Shown in pieces: positions 24,588 to 40,600 of a stretch of 64,000 nucleotides of DNA (position 1 is its first letter; the number at the start of each line of letters is the position of its first letter). The notes under the pieces were generated by a model. It saw nothing but the letters and a program-made list of their open reading frames with translations. It had not been told where the DNA came from and made no database searches. This DNA is from Lepidodermella squamata (lineage: Eukaryota > Animalia > Gastrotricha). A program made the position numbers and the translations under genes. Location: contig JBLDXI010000020.1 in NCBI GenBank assembly GCA_047495785.1, positions 744,001-808,000 of the forward strand, read 5' to 3'.

Positions 24588-25100
24588 ATGCCACAGCAGC
24601 ATAACGTTCTCTTATGTTCCTCTTGCAACACGTTTCAAGTTCAATTGGTTAAAAAGACACCACAGTGGGCATGCAAAATGTGCGGAGCAAAACAGCGTCT
24701 GACTAAGGTAAGCTTTTTTATCACTACCGTTCGATGACACTGAGCTATATTTCTTCAGCAATTTCTCGTATCTGATTCGGCGCAAGAATGTCGCAGCTTT
24801 GTGCAAGACCTCAACATGAGCCGGAGTCAGTTGGAAGAGGAAGCAGACATGACGGCATATCAAACAGAGGCATACGAAGAAGACTACGAATCATACCAAA
24901 GCAGTGATTTCAATCAAGACGAACCATCTCAAAACTTCTTTGACTCAAAATCGACAGATTCTGTCGAGTTCAAGTCTGACCACGATATTCAGCGTGATAA
25001 TTCCAAACCAGAAAAGCGATCGTCAAGCAGCTTCCAAGCTGCGAGCTCTCAATCTGTGAAACCTCCTACAGGTGGCTCAAAATGGGCGAAATACACATAG
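24588..25100 (+). CDS. MRNIP: MRN complex-interacting protein (C5orf45-like), 2 exons
   Basis: MPQQHNVLLCSSCNTFQVQLVKK..WACKMCGAKQ zinc ribbon, intron 24708-24759, 'ECRSFVQDLN', C-terminal 'SKWAKY'. Confidence 0.85.
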
Positions 25101-25609
25101 ACGAATCTATGAGTCGTTGAATTTACCATCATTTTAATATCTTCAATTGAATAAAAAAAATCGACTACTGATGTGTGAAAAAAGTGAAAAGCTCATTGAA
25201 TCAATCTATCAAGAGTAAAATTGACATGACTAGAAATACGATATTTTTTTTCAATTCGAAAGCCAGATTTTGCTGGCGATTACATGGGTGTCAGTTTCAG
25301 ACGTGGCCCAATAATTATTGAGAAGCCAACGAAGCTTTACAACTATGTCTTTGTTATTTTTTAGCGCATTGTTAACAGCCGGCAAAAGTTGGCAGCTCAC
25401 GAATTGACTTCAATGAGCGCCATTAACAAAAGCTGCTATTAGGCTGATGCTAGAAAATGGCCAGCGCTGGCCATGGACGCTCGAGGTCGTGTTACAGCAA
25501 TGGATGACCCGCGCATTCTCGCCTACGTACATCTACGCAAGTATAAGTATCAGATGATTAAACTGACCACGACATCGAGCTAATTTATGTACATCACCAT
25601 TCATCAAAA

Positions 25610-26929
25610 ATGAAAATCTCAGCTTCGTCTATGGGGTTCAACTCCCACAAAGCGTTGGCTCTAATTATTGTCCTGCTTACCTTTCACGACTGCCACGCCC
25701 AATCAAATTGGTGGCCGTTTGGTGATCTCGGGGGTACAGGCTTGTTTTCCACCGCGTTAGGAGCCCAGCAACAACAGCAACAGCAGCAGCAGCCAATGCA
25801 ACAGCAACCGCAGCGCACAACTTTCCTTCAACCGGCTGGTCAACAGCAACAACCCCAACAAAGGGGTGGGTGGTGGCCCTTCCAAAGCCTAGGCGGGCAC
25901 CTGGCAAACTTTGGAAACGACCCATCATTCCCGCCTCAGCAGTTCGAAGACACCCCTAGCAGCTCTCAGTCGTCATCAGTAGGTCAGATAGTGCCGATTT
26001 CGCAAGAGGCGCAACCTATGGCTCAGCGAATATTGACCCCGGCCTCTGGTTTAACCAACAATGCAAACACTGGAAATGACAGATGGGTTCAAACCCCGAA
26101 CGGCCTATGGCAACTTGTCCGCGAAACAGTTAATAAGGGGAATAATGGAACTGGATCATCCAGTCAAAATTACCAAGTTTCCTCGGTTTATTCGTCAGAT
26201 AAGTCATCGCCGGAAATGATGAAGCGAGTCGAGTCAATTTCAAATCGATTTGGCATTCCTCTCAATATTCAGGACCCACAATTTGTTTTGATTAATGAGC
26301 AGACGTCAGCTTCGCGAGATGTTCGTGACCCGCCACCGATGAGGATTCAGACAATACCAACTCAGGTAAAACTAATGCTTTGAATCCCAGTGTATAGCAG
26401 AATCATTTTTCTTTTCAACAGCAAGTCCAGCAGTTGCAACAGAGACCTCCGCTTGTTGTCGTCGCGCAGCCAAGCCAATCTTCGCAGGGCCTTCAACCCG
26501 TTCTAGTTTCGACGCCCGTTGTAGTACCTCTGGATCCTAATGCAGCTTCCGCTCAGGAACTGCCATCCGCGCAATCACAGCCCATAATTGTGCCCCACTC
26601 CGGATGGGACCCTAGACAGGATCCAAATCAAATCGTTCCACTGTATTCTGCAAATGCCGACGTTCCAATTCAACAACCTGTTGATGTTGCACCAGTGAGA
26701 GTGGTACCTGTGGCCGTTCCTGCAGATGGCGCTGTAGCGACGGCGCCACAGAACAGCTCACAACCGAATACTGTGGTAACACTTAACGGCCAGCCGTACC
26801 CCCGACCGGTAAATCTTTTTTCTCGCGATGATTTTTAATTATAATTGGATAATTTCCAAGGTAATCATTGACTTCAAGCCGCAGCAAACTACGAAGGAGG
26901 AAGAGGAAACAACGACACCATCCGACTGA
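25610..26929 (+). CDS. Secreted Q/P/V-rich low-complexity protein (3 exons)
   Basis: Signal peptide, poly-Q, duplicated WWPF..LGG motif and a V/P-rich C-terminal half. GT-AG introns at ~26366-26421 and ~26809-26859. Stop at 26927-26929. Confidence 0.7.
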
Positions 26930-27328
26930 ACAAAAGCGCCGAGCCATCTCAAATTATATTAACCTTCGAATTTCAAGTCATTCAATACGTATTGCTTTGA
27001 CTTGGGATTAATCTGCAGCAAGTGTGTTCCAATGAAAATATAATCAAATATTTATCTTATAATATTGCCGTCGATATTATCACAAGTTTTGAACTGTCTT
27101 TTCAAATCAATGATGAAGAGACCTCGTGAAGCAGGCTCGAAAGGCCTGGTAAATAAAGAAATAACAGTGCAGCTTGTTGTTGGTTCATCTTCACATTTTT
27201 ATGAGGTGATAATTCCGTCGCCTTCGGTGCGAATGCATGGTTTAGGCTAAATAGCGCTATAGGACTATGCTATTCGTGTTTGCAGCGCACTATTGGGTTG
27301 TGGCAAGCGGACGAAATTGAAATTAACC

Positions 27329-28033
27329 ATGTTGTGTTATATTGAATTCTTGATATTGCTCATCATTCTCATTATGGTGACATCTCCAGCCTCATCAACT
27401 GCAACTTGGACATTCCGGCCCATTTCTTCAGAAACTTCAACTTCGGGCATGGTCAATGCCGAGATCTTACGAGTAACTGAAAAGGCATGTTTAATTATTT
27501 TTGGCTTTATGCCTAATTTCAAAATCCATGTGTTCATTCAGTGGGTCAACATCGGTGGTAGAAATGTCCGCGTTCATGAGCTTTACGTCAAGCAAACTGA
27601 TAGACATGGCCGGATCACCTATAATACAGTACACGAAATGTTGCCGGAAAGTGTCAACCTTCGTCCTCTGGCTCTGAACAGAGACCAAACCAACTCCCCT
27701 CTCCTGTCATCACAGAATAAAGAAACTTCACAAGCTTTCAAAATTAATGATCGAATTACAATCACGCGGCATTTAACGACAACTTCAACCAGCCTGCCCA
27801 AGTCAAAGACTGAGAGCATCGGTGATCCACAAGAAGATTTACCACCACCAATTTCAACGATGTCATTGGCTGATTCAAATGATGACTTGCCACCACCAAT
27901 AGATGAAAGCTACGACCTTCCTCCGCCCTTAGATACCGACGCCCAGCTTGAAAATTCACCACTGATTGCATATGTAAACTCAACTTTCGAAGGCGATTCG
28001 CTGCTGTGGAGCCCTGTGCCTCTTCGAAGATGA
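27329..28033 (+). CDS. Secreted/anchored uncharacterised protein with three DLPPP repeats
   Basis: ATG 27329, hydrophobic N-terminus. Probable in-frame 57-nt GC-AG intron at 27485-27541. AATAAA directly after the stop. Confidence 0.65.
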   Translation: MLCYIEFLILLIILIMVTSPASSTATWTFRPISSETSTSGMVNAEILRVTEKACLIIFGFMPNFKIHVFIQWVNIGGRNVRVHELYVKQTDRHGRITYNTVHEMLPESVNLRPLALNRDQTNSPLLSSQNKETSQAFKINDRITITRHLTTTSTSLPKSKTESIGDPQEDLPPPISTMSLADSNDDLPPPIDESYDLPPPLDTDAQLENSPLIAYVNSTFEGDSLLWSPVPLRR

Positions 28034-28220
28034 ATAAATCTTGTCTTAACTGAAGTGCTGAATAAAATATCGTGATTATTTATTATGCCATTTCACATGA
28101 TCAATACTTCTGATTCAAATATATTAATCTCGATTATATCAACCAATAACAACTGAATAGCACCTTCGCATGCACGAATCTTTTGAAGCGCGGCAGGTCT
28201 ATTGCTGAAGCGAGATTCAA

Positions 28221-29446
<1,226 letters not shown>

Positions 29447-29890
29447 TGAGCGAAGGTGAGGCCAGCGATTAGTAAAGGAAATACAACGGCGATCTAAGAA
29501 TTGGTTGAAACTACAAATCAGGTGCCAATAACAAGACAGTATACATTATTTAGGTTCATATAGTAACTGAACGCCGGGGAAAACAGCGAATATCATCCCT
29601 GTGCCATCGCATATGCCTGTAATGTGACTTGGCAAGCCATTAGAATTGACAATTGGCTTGGATCTTGGATGAACTTATTTTGATGTACTGCTCTTAAGAA
29701 ACTTGCTAGGATATTAATAAAGCAATCTTAAAGACGCATTTGAATTGAAGTTGAAGGAATGGCTTGTCCACCATACACTGAAGAACTAATGTTCGTTCAT
29801 CGGTCATCGCTAAGCTTTGCAATATACCGACCCGAAGAAACGCGTTACGAACCGGTCCCCTTGCGATCGCCGCTCTCTTTCTGCCAAAAA

Positions 29891-29908
29891 TTCAAATTTT
29901 TTCCCGCC
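29891..29908 (-). promoter_or_regulatory. E2F + CHR-like element in the divergent GALT/TM2D1 intergenic region
   Basis: The minus strand reads GGCGGGAA-AAAA-TTTGAA. Confidence 0.3.
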
Positions 29909-30893
29909 ATAATATTTTTCAAAATCAGTAACTGAAATTCCAACGTTTTGATTAATAATAGTGTATTACGCAATATAGTTTTGTTGAAAACAAAATGGAA
30001 ATTTGAACTTTTTAGGCTTAAATTTTTTTGCTTTTTCGACGTTTCGCTGAACGAAGCGCTGCGAATGGACCGACGCCAAACGCCGAAAGGTGGTAACCTG
30101 GCCGCTAATCATCCGTGTTACCTGAGGTCCACAGCATTGAGCATTGACAACCTAATTCTGCGTTTTTCAGTTTGTCAAACATAGGGAATTTTCGTTGAAA
30201 TTAGCTTGAGACTGATCGACTATATCAAATGCATTACCTGAGCGAAGTGCGACTCGAATGACTCCAATATCCAATACTTCATGATAATTAATAAAGAGTC
30301 GAGTTGTTCCACCATAACTTTTATTAATTAGAAAGCTTACAGCATTCTTGTTAGAACAGACTGACTAACTTGCATAATGTGGGTTTTGGTGCAGCATTCA
30401 CATCAACCGAATACTTATTTCTTGCAACATCTCCACCTGTCCACTGCACTTGTTGTTGGCCGCGTTACGCTTAGGCCATTTCGTTACTTATCTTTGCAGA
30501 TTGCAGATTCTCGAAAACTCATTCTCGAAAAGTAGTAAGTATCGCAAATGAACTTGGAACTTGGTACTCAGAAATATTTATATTACTCGTTAAGTAGATA
30601 CTGTCTGCTAACTGTGACGACACTGTGTTTTCTAGGTGTTAATAGTATCCGAAAATTGGAAAGTCAACGTTTGCTCTTCTGAGCAGCCTATTGGCCTGTT
30701 ATATCCTCTTGTTGATTGCCATTCCTTTCTCCGAAGGTCTGGGAAATTATGTTCCAAACTTGTTGCTGGTTCTCGGAGTACCCGTCGCCGTGTCAACATC
30801 ACTGATATCTGGTCTTGGCTTATTTGTCCTGAGCGTTTGGCTGGGTCTTCTCAAATTATGAGACCTAGCCTCGTGCTTTTCTTGAAAAAATCC

Positions 30894-31451
30894 ATGCACT
30901 ATCAATTATTTGCTATTGGCGCAACATTGATCGTCTATGTTGTTCCAGTTTTATCTACATTCAACAAGCAATGCAACGACCTGAGACCCGGGCAGTATCG
31001 ATGCAAACCCTACGATTCACGAAAGCCTGCTTCATGTTTTCCGAACGGCACCCATTTCGCAGAATGCTTCACTGCGCCTAACATTACTTGCAGCAATGCG
31101 ACTCGCGTAACCGAAGACTACACATATTTCGTTAAAACGCTACCATGCAAATACGCTAGTGGTTACTCATACGAGACGGCACTTTTGCTTTCAATATTCC
31201 TAGGATGGACGGGCATCGATAGGTTCTATCTGGGCTATCCTGCTCTCGGTTTGCTCAAGCTTTGTACCTGTGGTTTCATGTTTTTCTGGCACCTGATCGA
31301 CATCCTGTTAATCGCTCTTCAAATAGTACTACCCGCGGATGGCTCATTCTACGTTATGAGTAGCATCTACAGTCCTGTGATGACGCGTGTTTCGATGGAT
31401 AATAGCACATACTTTTATCAGCCTGGAGTGAACGGGATATACGAGCCTTGA
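30894..31451 (+). CDS. TM2D1: TM2 domain-containing protein 1 (intronless; start ATG 30858 or 30894)
   Basis: 'C.DL.PGQYRC', 'C..APNITC', 'GYSYETALLLSIFLGWTGIDRFYLGYPALGLLKLCTCG'. Confidence 0.92.
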   Translation: MHYQLFAIGATLIVYVVPVLSTFNKQCNDLRPGQYRCKPYDSRKPASCFPNGTHFAECFTAPNITCSNATRVTEDYTYFVKTLPCKYASGYSYETALLLSIFLGWTGIDRFYLGYPALGLLKLCTCGFMFFWHLIDILLIALQIVLPADGSFYVMSSIYSPVMTRVSMDNSTYFYQPGVNGIYEP

Positions 31452-31668
31452 AGTGTCATTTTCATATGTTGGTGTGAAAAGAGAAAATTATATCCTTAAA
31501 TTACGTCGCTGAAGAAAAAGCTAACAGAGAATTTCTAAAATTTCTTTCTTTTTATAAATTTCCAGCAATGAATGAAATGATTGTCAGATTATGTTTCTTT
31601 GTATTTTAGAGTAGAAAATTTTATATGAAGAAACTTTAATTAGTGATTAGTATTTCGAACAAGCTGTG

Positions 31669-32600
<932 letters not shown>

Positions 32601-33976
32601 ATCAGTGTTGTGTCGAGAACCCCAGCCACCTTAATAAGCCGTCCTGCTAACCATTAGTGATTTATCCGTCTTCTTCACATTCACGCCGAAGAATCGGAAC
32701 GGATTGGAGCTGCTGATGCTGCTATCAGTATCACTGTTGTTTTCGTCAATATTCGTTATTTCTACTACGATATTCAACTCTATGTTTATATTTGATAGCT
32801 GCACTAAGAGCTGATCACAGGACATGATTCGAGCACAAATTATTCGTCACATTTCTCATCGCGTATTATTATTTATATTAACGGACCCACACGCACTCAT
32901 CTCTCTTGAAAATAAAACGGAGGGCCTGGTTAAATCAAGCTCTAAATGTAACGCTGTCTGTTCATCTCTAGCAAGACTCGAAAATGCTCGCACTATAAAG
33001 ATTGGGAAATAACACAATCTGCAACATATTCACTACTGCTCCGCTTTTAATCTTGTAAAAAAAACTAATCGCCATCATCACTTGAAATATTGTGCTACAT
33101 ATGCAAGAGCTAGGTCGGTTTATTTTTGAGCCAATCGGTCGTGGGAGATAAGTTCCTTGCCTGGTATAATACGAGGTGTGAAATCTAAGTGCACGCTCTA
33201 ATTTTTGTATAGAACTCAACTGGATGTCATTTATCAGTAATTTGCTAAACAAAACCGAGGCCTTTTTCTGTTTAATATTTTCTCTCTTTCTTCAAAGCAC
33301 TAACTTGTGCGTGGCCAGGAGCGAATTTTGGCTTTGGCGCTTTCTGTTGTGATGTGAATGGTTGCTTTCGAACCGAATATCTTATAGAAAAATCGTGGAG
33401 CCGAAGAGAAGGGCGCCACCATCTACTAAAAACTATCGTGTGTGCCATTTATCCTCTCTCTTGTTCTTGTTTTTTTGGCAGGCTCGCATTTTCGCTTGAC
33501 AAACTTTCTCCTCGTCAAATTTTTTGTGCTTGTTACCGCAGAGAAAAACACCCAGCAACCGGCCACTTTATGCAACGGGAACTTGAAAGAATCCATCGGC
33601 TTGGCAATTTTTGTGTTATAGTAATAATAATCATCGCTATCACAGTTTTTTCAATTTCGAATGAGATGGCCGGATTCATTTGGTGAGCGTCGACTCGAAA
33701 AGTCGAACCATTTATGAAAAGTATATATGTAAATTGCCATGAATATATATATATATTATCTGAGTAGACTAAAATGTGTAAGCATGCGTAATAAAAGCTC
33801 TAAAATATATATTATTTAAAATTAATTGTAATAATTATTATTATCTTGAAGGTAATATTGCGCCATGTTCAAGGTTGATGAAAATTTAAACAAAAAGACA
33901 ATAATAAAATATTATTATAAAATTGTTGAGAAACTCAATTGCCTGTCTTTTAGTAGCAGATGATTTTTATTTATTG

Positions 33977-36557
33977 ATGGGATCTGAATTGTTTGGTCAG
34001 CCCAATCTGTCGATTAGCAGCAACACGGCCTTTCAATCGAACTACCCCACCCCGCCCGGTTCGTCGCCGGCCGGTCTGTACTCGAGCCCGCCGCGTGGAA
34101 CTGCCCACCCGCAGTTTTCGCCCGGTTCCAGCACCTACAAAAGCCCGGCAACGGTCGGCTTCGGCTCGGCCTCAGTCGCCTCGACAATTTACCCGGCCGA
34201 TGCTTCGACGGCCGATGTGACCGACCACGACGGACCCGGTCGTTCAGGTGTAACAAGGGGCCGACAGAGTTGGCCAGGTTAGTATTAATCGATTATGACA
34301 AAATTACGCTTAATTATTGATGAGCCGATATTTCGGCCGTTATTGCCAATAATTTTGCGGTGATATTTGATGTATCGCAGCTAAAATGGATTCTTTTGTC
34401 AAATTTATAGAAATGTCTGACACGTTGCAAAAAATCACTGGACTTGCGGTCGGCTTTGGCTCAGTGATCACAGAATGCCTGGTTTCTCACCCCTGCAGCG
34501 TGGTTCGATTCCAATGCCAGGTAGAAGCTTTTTCATGCTTAAAACCGCAGTTTATATTAATTATTTATCACTCGAAAGATCAATGGATCGGGCCGAATGC
34601 GTCATTTGACTCCCTTCACCTTGATGCCGTTTTGTTACAACATCGTCCGGCATCAAGGGGCTGCTGTGCTATGGAAAGGTCTTACCTCCACTTTCGTCAC
34701 CCGTGGCGTGTGTTTTGCCGTCGAAACCGCCCTCGCAGACTTCTGCAACCTACCACGTGAAGTTTCTCGCGTCAGTTCAGCCAAAAAAGTCTCACAGCAC
34801 TTGCTTCTCAAAGCGTAAGTTCAGGATTTTTACCTCAAACCTCAAAACTCAATCCACCTTTAATCCTTGTATTAAATCATTTGCTGGTGGGCTAATCTCT
34901 TGAATAAGAAAATTCTAGCTCTATTATTATATTTATGCTTACCGAGCTACTTGAAATTAAAATGATGAGTTTCAGTGATTGCGAAGGCTTGGCAATGGAA
35001 AATAAGATCATCCAAAGTTCATCATTACGCTCTGCAATTTCACGCATCAACATTTAAGAATGAAAAACATTGTAATGAAATGACGCCGTTTAATCGCCTT
35101 ACCTGCGGCAGCTCAATGCTTTACTCGTATTTTAGAACAGAGCATAACCTAGTTCAAGTATTTTCTCCTTGTGCCTCAAGGCTAAAATACTGTGCAAGAA
35201 AAAGTGTGATTTCACGGTCAGATAACAAAATTAGGCTGGATTTTTGTTTTCGTAATTTTACTGTGCAAGATAACTTTACTCGCACACCTGGATGACAAAT
35301 TTGCCGAAAGCCCAGACCTTTAGGCTGATACAGAAGAGAAGAGCAATCTTCTATGGCTCGTCATGCAGGAACATTTTTCTGGAAATTGGTCCAAGCAGTT
35401 TCTCATGTGATTGAGGCTAAAATATTCTGCAAGAAAAAGTGCATGCTTAGAAAAAAGTAAAGTTGGATTGAGCATTTTTGAATTCCTATATAATGAGCTC
35501 GCGCCTGCATTCTGAGCCATGTAAAAGTGCTCACTTGCCCATAATTGGACCATCAATTTATGCTTCTAGAAATGTCCCAAAATTGCTGCAGTCTGCTGCA
35601 GTCTTGGCTTTCAAGATTTGTGGCATTCAAGACTGAAAAAGCCTGCAAATTGAAATTTGAAACGGCCAAGAGGATATCAAATTTTAACATGTGACGCTAT
35701 TTATTAAATTGATTTTTCTCCGTTACAGGATTGCCTTTGGGGTCGCAACTCCGTTTCTGGCGACTAACTTTGTCGAACTGGTTCAAAGCGCAATCGCGAC
35801 CGATCAATCGTCGCTCGTCGACTACCTCCGGGAAACTGTGTTCCGTCTGTCGGGGCGCGGCCACCTGGCTTCGACCGGCACCCGCCTCCTCCCCATCTAC
35901 GTACTCGTCGTGCCGACCGTCGGCTTCCACCTCGCCCACTACTGCATCGCAACGCTAGCTCGAGTCACCACCCTATCCGTACAACGCCATAGTTACCAGC
36001 ACGAAGCCACAGCCAGGTCGGTTTCCATCGGCGACCGGCTGTCAGTCGGCGGCGGCAGTGTAGTCGACCAGTCCGGCTACGACTCTGACGACCGAAATTC
36101 GATCGCATCGAGCGAGCCATCGAGCGTGCCGATGATGAACCCGGACCCGTCGCGAGAACTGCGTGTCCAGCAACAGCGCTGTCTAGCCGAGCTGCTAGCC
36201 CTTTTCACCGGCAACTTGATGGCGGACCTAATTTTATACCCGGTCCAGACCATCCTACACCGCCTTTACATCCAGGGCACTCGAACAATCGTCGATTCGA
36301 CGGATAACGGCCTGGAGGTTCTCGCGATTTCCACGCGGTATTCCGGCTTTTTCGACTGCGCCCATCACATTTACCGCGAGGAGGGCGTCGGCGGGTTCTT
36401 CCGCGGTTTCGGGGCCTTAATTCTTCAGTATTCCCTTCAAGCCTTGATCCTGCGCATGGCGTCGACGGCTTTCGACTACGTGGCGCCGTCGCCGTCGTCG
36501 CGAGGCGGTTTCGGCGACTCTGGTCGGCGGAGGTCTCGGAAATACCGTTACAACTGA
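33977..36557 (+). CDS. SLC25A46: Mitochondrial outer-membrane carrier-family protein SLC25A46 (4 exons)
   Basis: 'LVSHPC.V.R.QCQ', 'HLTPFTL', 'LWKG..STF', 'YP..TILHRLYIQGTRTIVD..D.G', 'GF..GFGALILQY'. The third intron is long (~34815-35728). Confidence 0.93.
35179..35441. repeat. 28-nt direct repeat (35179-35206 and 35414-35441) in SLC25A46 intron 3, probably a repeat remnant
   Basis: AGGCTAAAATAytsTGCAAGAAAAAGTG, 26 of 28 nt identical, inside an intron about 17 times the local norm. Confidence 0.55.
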
Positions 36558-37650
36558 CCCGTCAAATATTACATTTTACATGCAAGATTTACGTTTGTTT
36601 GTTGTGCAAATAGAATGAATAAAAATGTAAAACACCCAGCACGTGTGTTGAAAATGTAGATGAAAAAACTGGATCATTTTAAAAGTATCCCGCTGATATA
36701 TGTCAACCTGCTTCTGTGATGTGACGATAAAGCTATTATTATTTCACTGCAAACTAGCTGCTAATAAAAATAGAAGAATATCAATGATGAATAAAAGGAA
36801 TTATCTAGCCTCATCTGCGTCTCTTGTTCTTCAGCTACTTTGATAAACGAATGAAAAATCATCACTCAATGATTAACGAGATAATAAAGAAATAACGTTG
36901 TGAAAAATGGTTTTTGGCCACATCCGTGGGTGTAAAGCTACTTAGATAATTGGTTTGAGGGCGGATTACAAACTCGTGTTCTCCACATGGAATGTGAAAA
37001 AGATAATTTTGCTGGCTCACTCGAATCATGAACGATGAACGAAACCTGGTAACAAAATTGTCAAAATTCAATGTCTGAGCAGCTTCAACAAAAGCACCAC
37101 ATAAATCATGAATTAAGAAAAATAATTTGTGACCAGGTTTCGTTCATCACTCATGATTCAAATGGCTTCGCGACCGTTTTTTGCAAAAGATTAATTGTGC
37201 GCAGAAAAAAGGAACGATGAAACACGAGGGTGTGACTCCCAGGAAAAGGAAGGTGGAGTTTCTAAAGAGGGAGTTTGGAGCCTTGTTGCCAGTGGCGAAA
37301 GATTTCTCAGAATCATGACTAGGCATATCGTAATTTCTTACTATAGTAAGTATAGTATACTATAGTATAGTATAGGAGTATAACGAAAAACGAAAAATGA
37401 ATAGGCATGGGTAATAGTAAAGGCATTTAGCACTCAGTTTCTTATCATTTTGTCATTTTATCGTCGTTTTGAGTCAGTGCCAGCCACGCCTATTACTGAT
37501 ATTTCTGGATCCACACCCATATTTAGCGGTAAAACGGTGGCGGCAACGATGCTTTCATCGGAATCTGATATCAAGCAAGCCTAGTGATGCAAGTATATTG
37601 GCGAAATTGCCGCACATTATTTATACATCAGTGTAATTTTAAACAAGAAA

Positions 37651-40600
37651 ATGAAACGCGAATTATTTTTGAGATTCCTTGTAGTACTGGCCTTCTTTGC
37701 TATTTCACGGGGTCAAGTTCCGTTGGGTGATCTCTTTCCATTCGGAGAGGATAATGGAGACTCCGTCATGCCTCCAGGGGAAGGGATCATTACGGACCCG
37801 CCAATCGGTCTATCAATTCCTTTCCCTTTTTTCAAGAACACGGAAAAAACGTTGTACGTAAACAGCATTGGACTTCTTTCGTTTGATCGAGGTATTAAGG
37901 ATGGCCTACCGGTTTGTGAGCCAAGCAATTTCCGTATGATTGCTGGTTTCCGGAGTGACATTGACACCACTGATTCCGGCGACATATATTACCGTCAAAC
38001 GACAGAACCAGTGTTGCTCAAGAAGGCCGAGGAAGAAATCGTCAGAAAATATCCACGATTGGCTGGTCTCACCCTGAAATGGCTTTTTATCGCAACATGG
38101 GAGAATGTACCACCGAGTTACAAGCCTTGCAGCCCAGAAAAAAATAATACTTTTCAGATGATACTAGCAACTGACGGTCACATGTCGTTCTCAATTCAGT
38201 ATTACAACGAAATCAATTGGCCATCACCAAGCTGCGGAACGGGTTTTAATGTGTCAGCCGGTTTCGATGCTGGCGACAATGTCAACTTCTACGTGATACC
38301 TGGTTCGTGCACGACAAAAATTTCAGTTTTCACGAATTCAAACACAGGCAAGCCAGGCAGATGGGTTTTCCGATTAGACAACGGCGTGGATGCAAGAAAT
38401 TGCGATGCAAACTTTAATATCACACAACCAGTCACAACCAGTCCGCCTTTTGTCGAGGTTTTCGGCGGAGAAGCGGTGTCATTTCAGGGACCATGCTTTG
38501 ACATTTTCAGCTCGACGTTTCAATGTGTTTTTAACGACCCTGTAAAAGGCAAAATCATCACTAATGGTGTCGGCGGAATTCCGCCTGGCAATGAAGCTCC
38601 TACAGTCTATTGCATCACGCCATTTTTCCACGACTCTGGTCGCGTTCTTGTTGAAATAATCGAGACCACAACCTTAGGAATCACCAAAATTTACAAGGCT
38701 TACCTAACTGTTGCGCTCGGGCAGCCTGAAGTTTCTATCGCCTTGTCAACAACGTCGATTGATGGCAGTTACGCCAACGCAGTTTCTGATGGAAAAGCTC
38801 AAATCAAGTGGCCCTCTGACCACCCGAGATTGACCAAAGCAGCTACAGTCGATATTACTTTGTTAGCTCTGAAAGACGATGAATGGATTGTTCTCGGCTT
38901 ACTTCTGGCAAATTATTCGAATGAAGGATCGGCGACCATCAATATGGGGCAACTTTTGCTAAATGTCAATGCAGAACTTTCAGACGACGCAATTCTAATG
39001 TTGACCGTCGCCAAGTCGGCTTTCTACAGTGTCAATGAATCGGACCGAGAAATAGTCAATACAATTATCAGCAGTGCTGATGGGAATGGGGTAATAACCG
39101 ACTTCGTCTGCTACGACAAAAACGCAAACTCATCTGCGTGCAAGGCGGAATACTGGCGATCAACTACAAGGGATCCTATCAAATGTCTAGCAGGATTTTC
39201 GGAAATCGCCGAGAAATCAGTGAAATGTGGCGGAAAACCATTAGCATCAGGCTTTGTCCTGCGAAGATTATTCGGAGAGAAGCCGAGAGTGGAACTTTAT
39301 CCACTCGTCTGTAGCACGTGGCAATTGGAAAACATAGAAATTCCGAACTCGGAAGACTATGCATCACGGCCTTGTCCACCTTTGCTTGAACAAGCTCAGG
39401 CCGATAGAAACTACGCGGTTTTTACTTCTAATTTCGATGCCTACTCATTGACGTTGGACCCTGGCCTTTCGCAAACGCCCAATACTGATAAGCCATTTGT
39501 AGCAATGCGGCAATCTGTTCCAACAACAAGCGGAAGTGGTCAGCAATGCTTCTACGACACATCGACTGGCACTTTACGGCGTGATTTGAGTTACAGTGAA
39601 TTCAAGCAGCCAACTTCATGGTCGACAACTTACGTAAATGCATTAAAGGACCAGATCGGAGAATTCACGTGCTGTCAACAAGGCAGGGCTTTTGCAGAGG
39701 TCTTGCCTGGCTTTGATAGATCTCGCTGTGGAGATTTCAAGCAGAAACGGCCGATAAACGACGGTAGCAACTACAAGGCCCCACGGCCTGCTGTAGCTAT
39801 GGGCGACCCACATTTCCAGACTTACGATGGGCTGCCATACACATTCAACGGAGTTGGCGAATTTTGGATGGTAAAACCCGTAGGATCGTCATCTTTTATG
39901 ATGCAAGCCCGAATGGCGATGTTTGCTGGAAATGCATCCGTTTTCTCCGCATTCACGATGCGGGAGGGTTCTGACGCCTCTGTGGTGCAGATTCAATTAT
40001 CCAACTCATCGGAAACTGAGATATTGGTTGACGGTATTAAACTAAATTTCGGCAACGAGGCCCTCAAAACGCAACACTTCACCAAAGTTTCGGTCACAGC
40101 GATCGATGACGCGTTGGCTGAAGTCAATATTGCCTTTCGCTGTGGCATGGCGTTCAATTTCTTAATACGGAAAGGGTCCATGGCAGTTATTTCAACAGCA
40201 ACTGTCAGCAATATGAATTCGATATCTGGTTTGATGGGTGACTATGATGGCAACAAGGAAAACGATTTAAAAAATCCTGGTGGAGAAATAATTGTACCCG
40301 CCGGTTCTCCTCTGTCTGATATTCATACAAAATTCGGAGTTTCTTGGGTGGTTCATGAAGCCGAGAGCCTATTCACGTACCCTAACGGTTCATCGTATGC
40401 AGATTTCTTAGATTTATCGTTCGAACCAGTTTTCGAACTTGATCCACCGGGGGATGCTGCTTTAACGATTTGCGGCGATTCTTCTGCCTGTTTGTTCGAC
40501 TATCAAGTAAGTGGAGGCGATGAAGCATTCGCCAAACACACCCAGGCAATCTATGATGCCTTCAAACTCGTTGAGAAAATTCTCACCGCGACAGATCCTG

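Noticed and set aside
30636-30857. N-terminal extension of TM2D1 from a GTG start
   Set aside because: Non-ATG start; homology and the signal peptide begin at ATG 30858/30894.
37335-37378. TACTATAGTA/TATAG palindromic run
   Set aside because: Simple low-complexity microsatellite.
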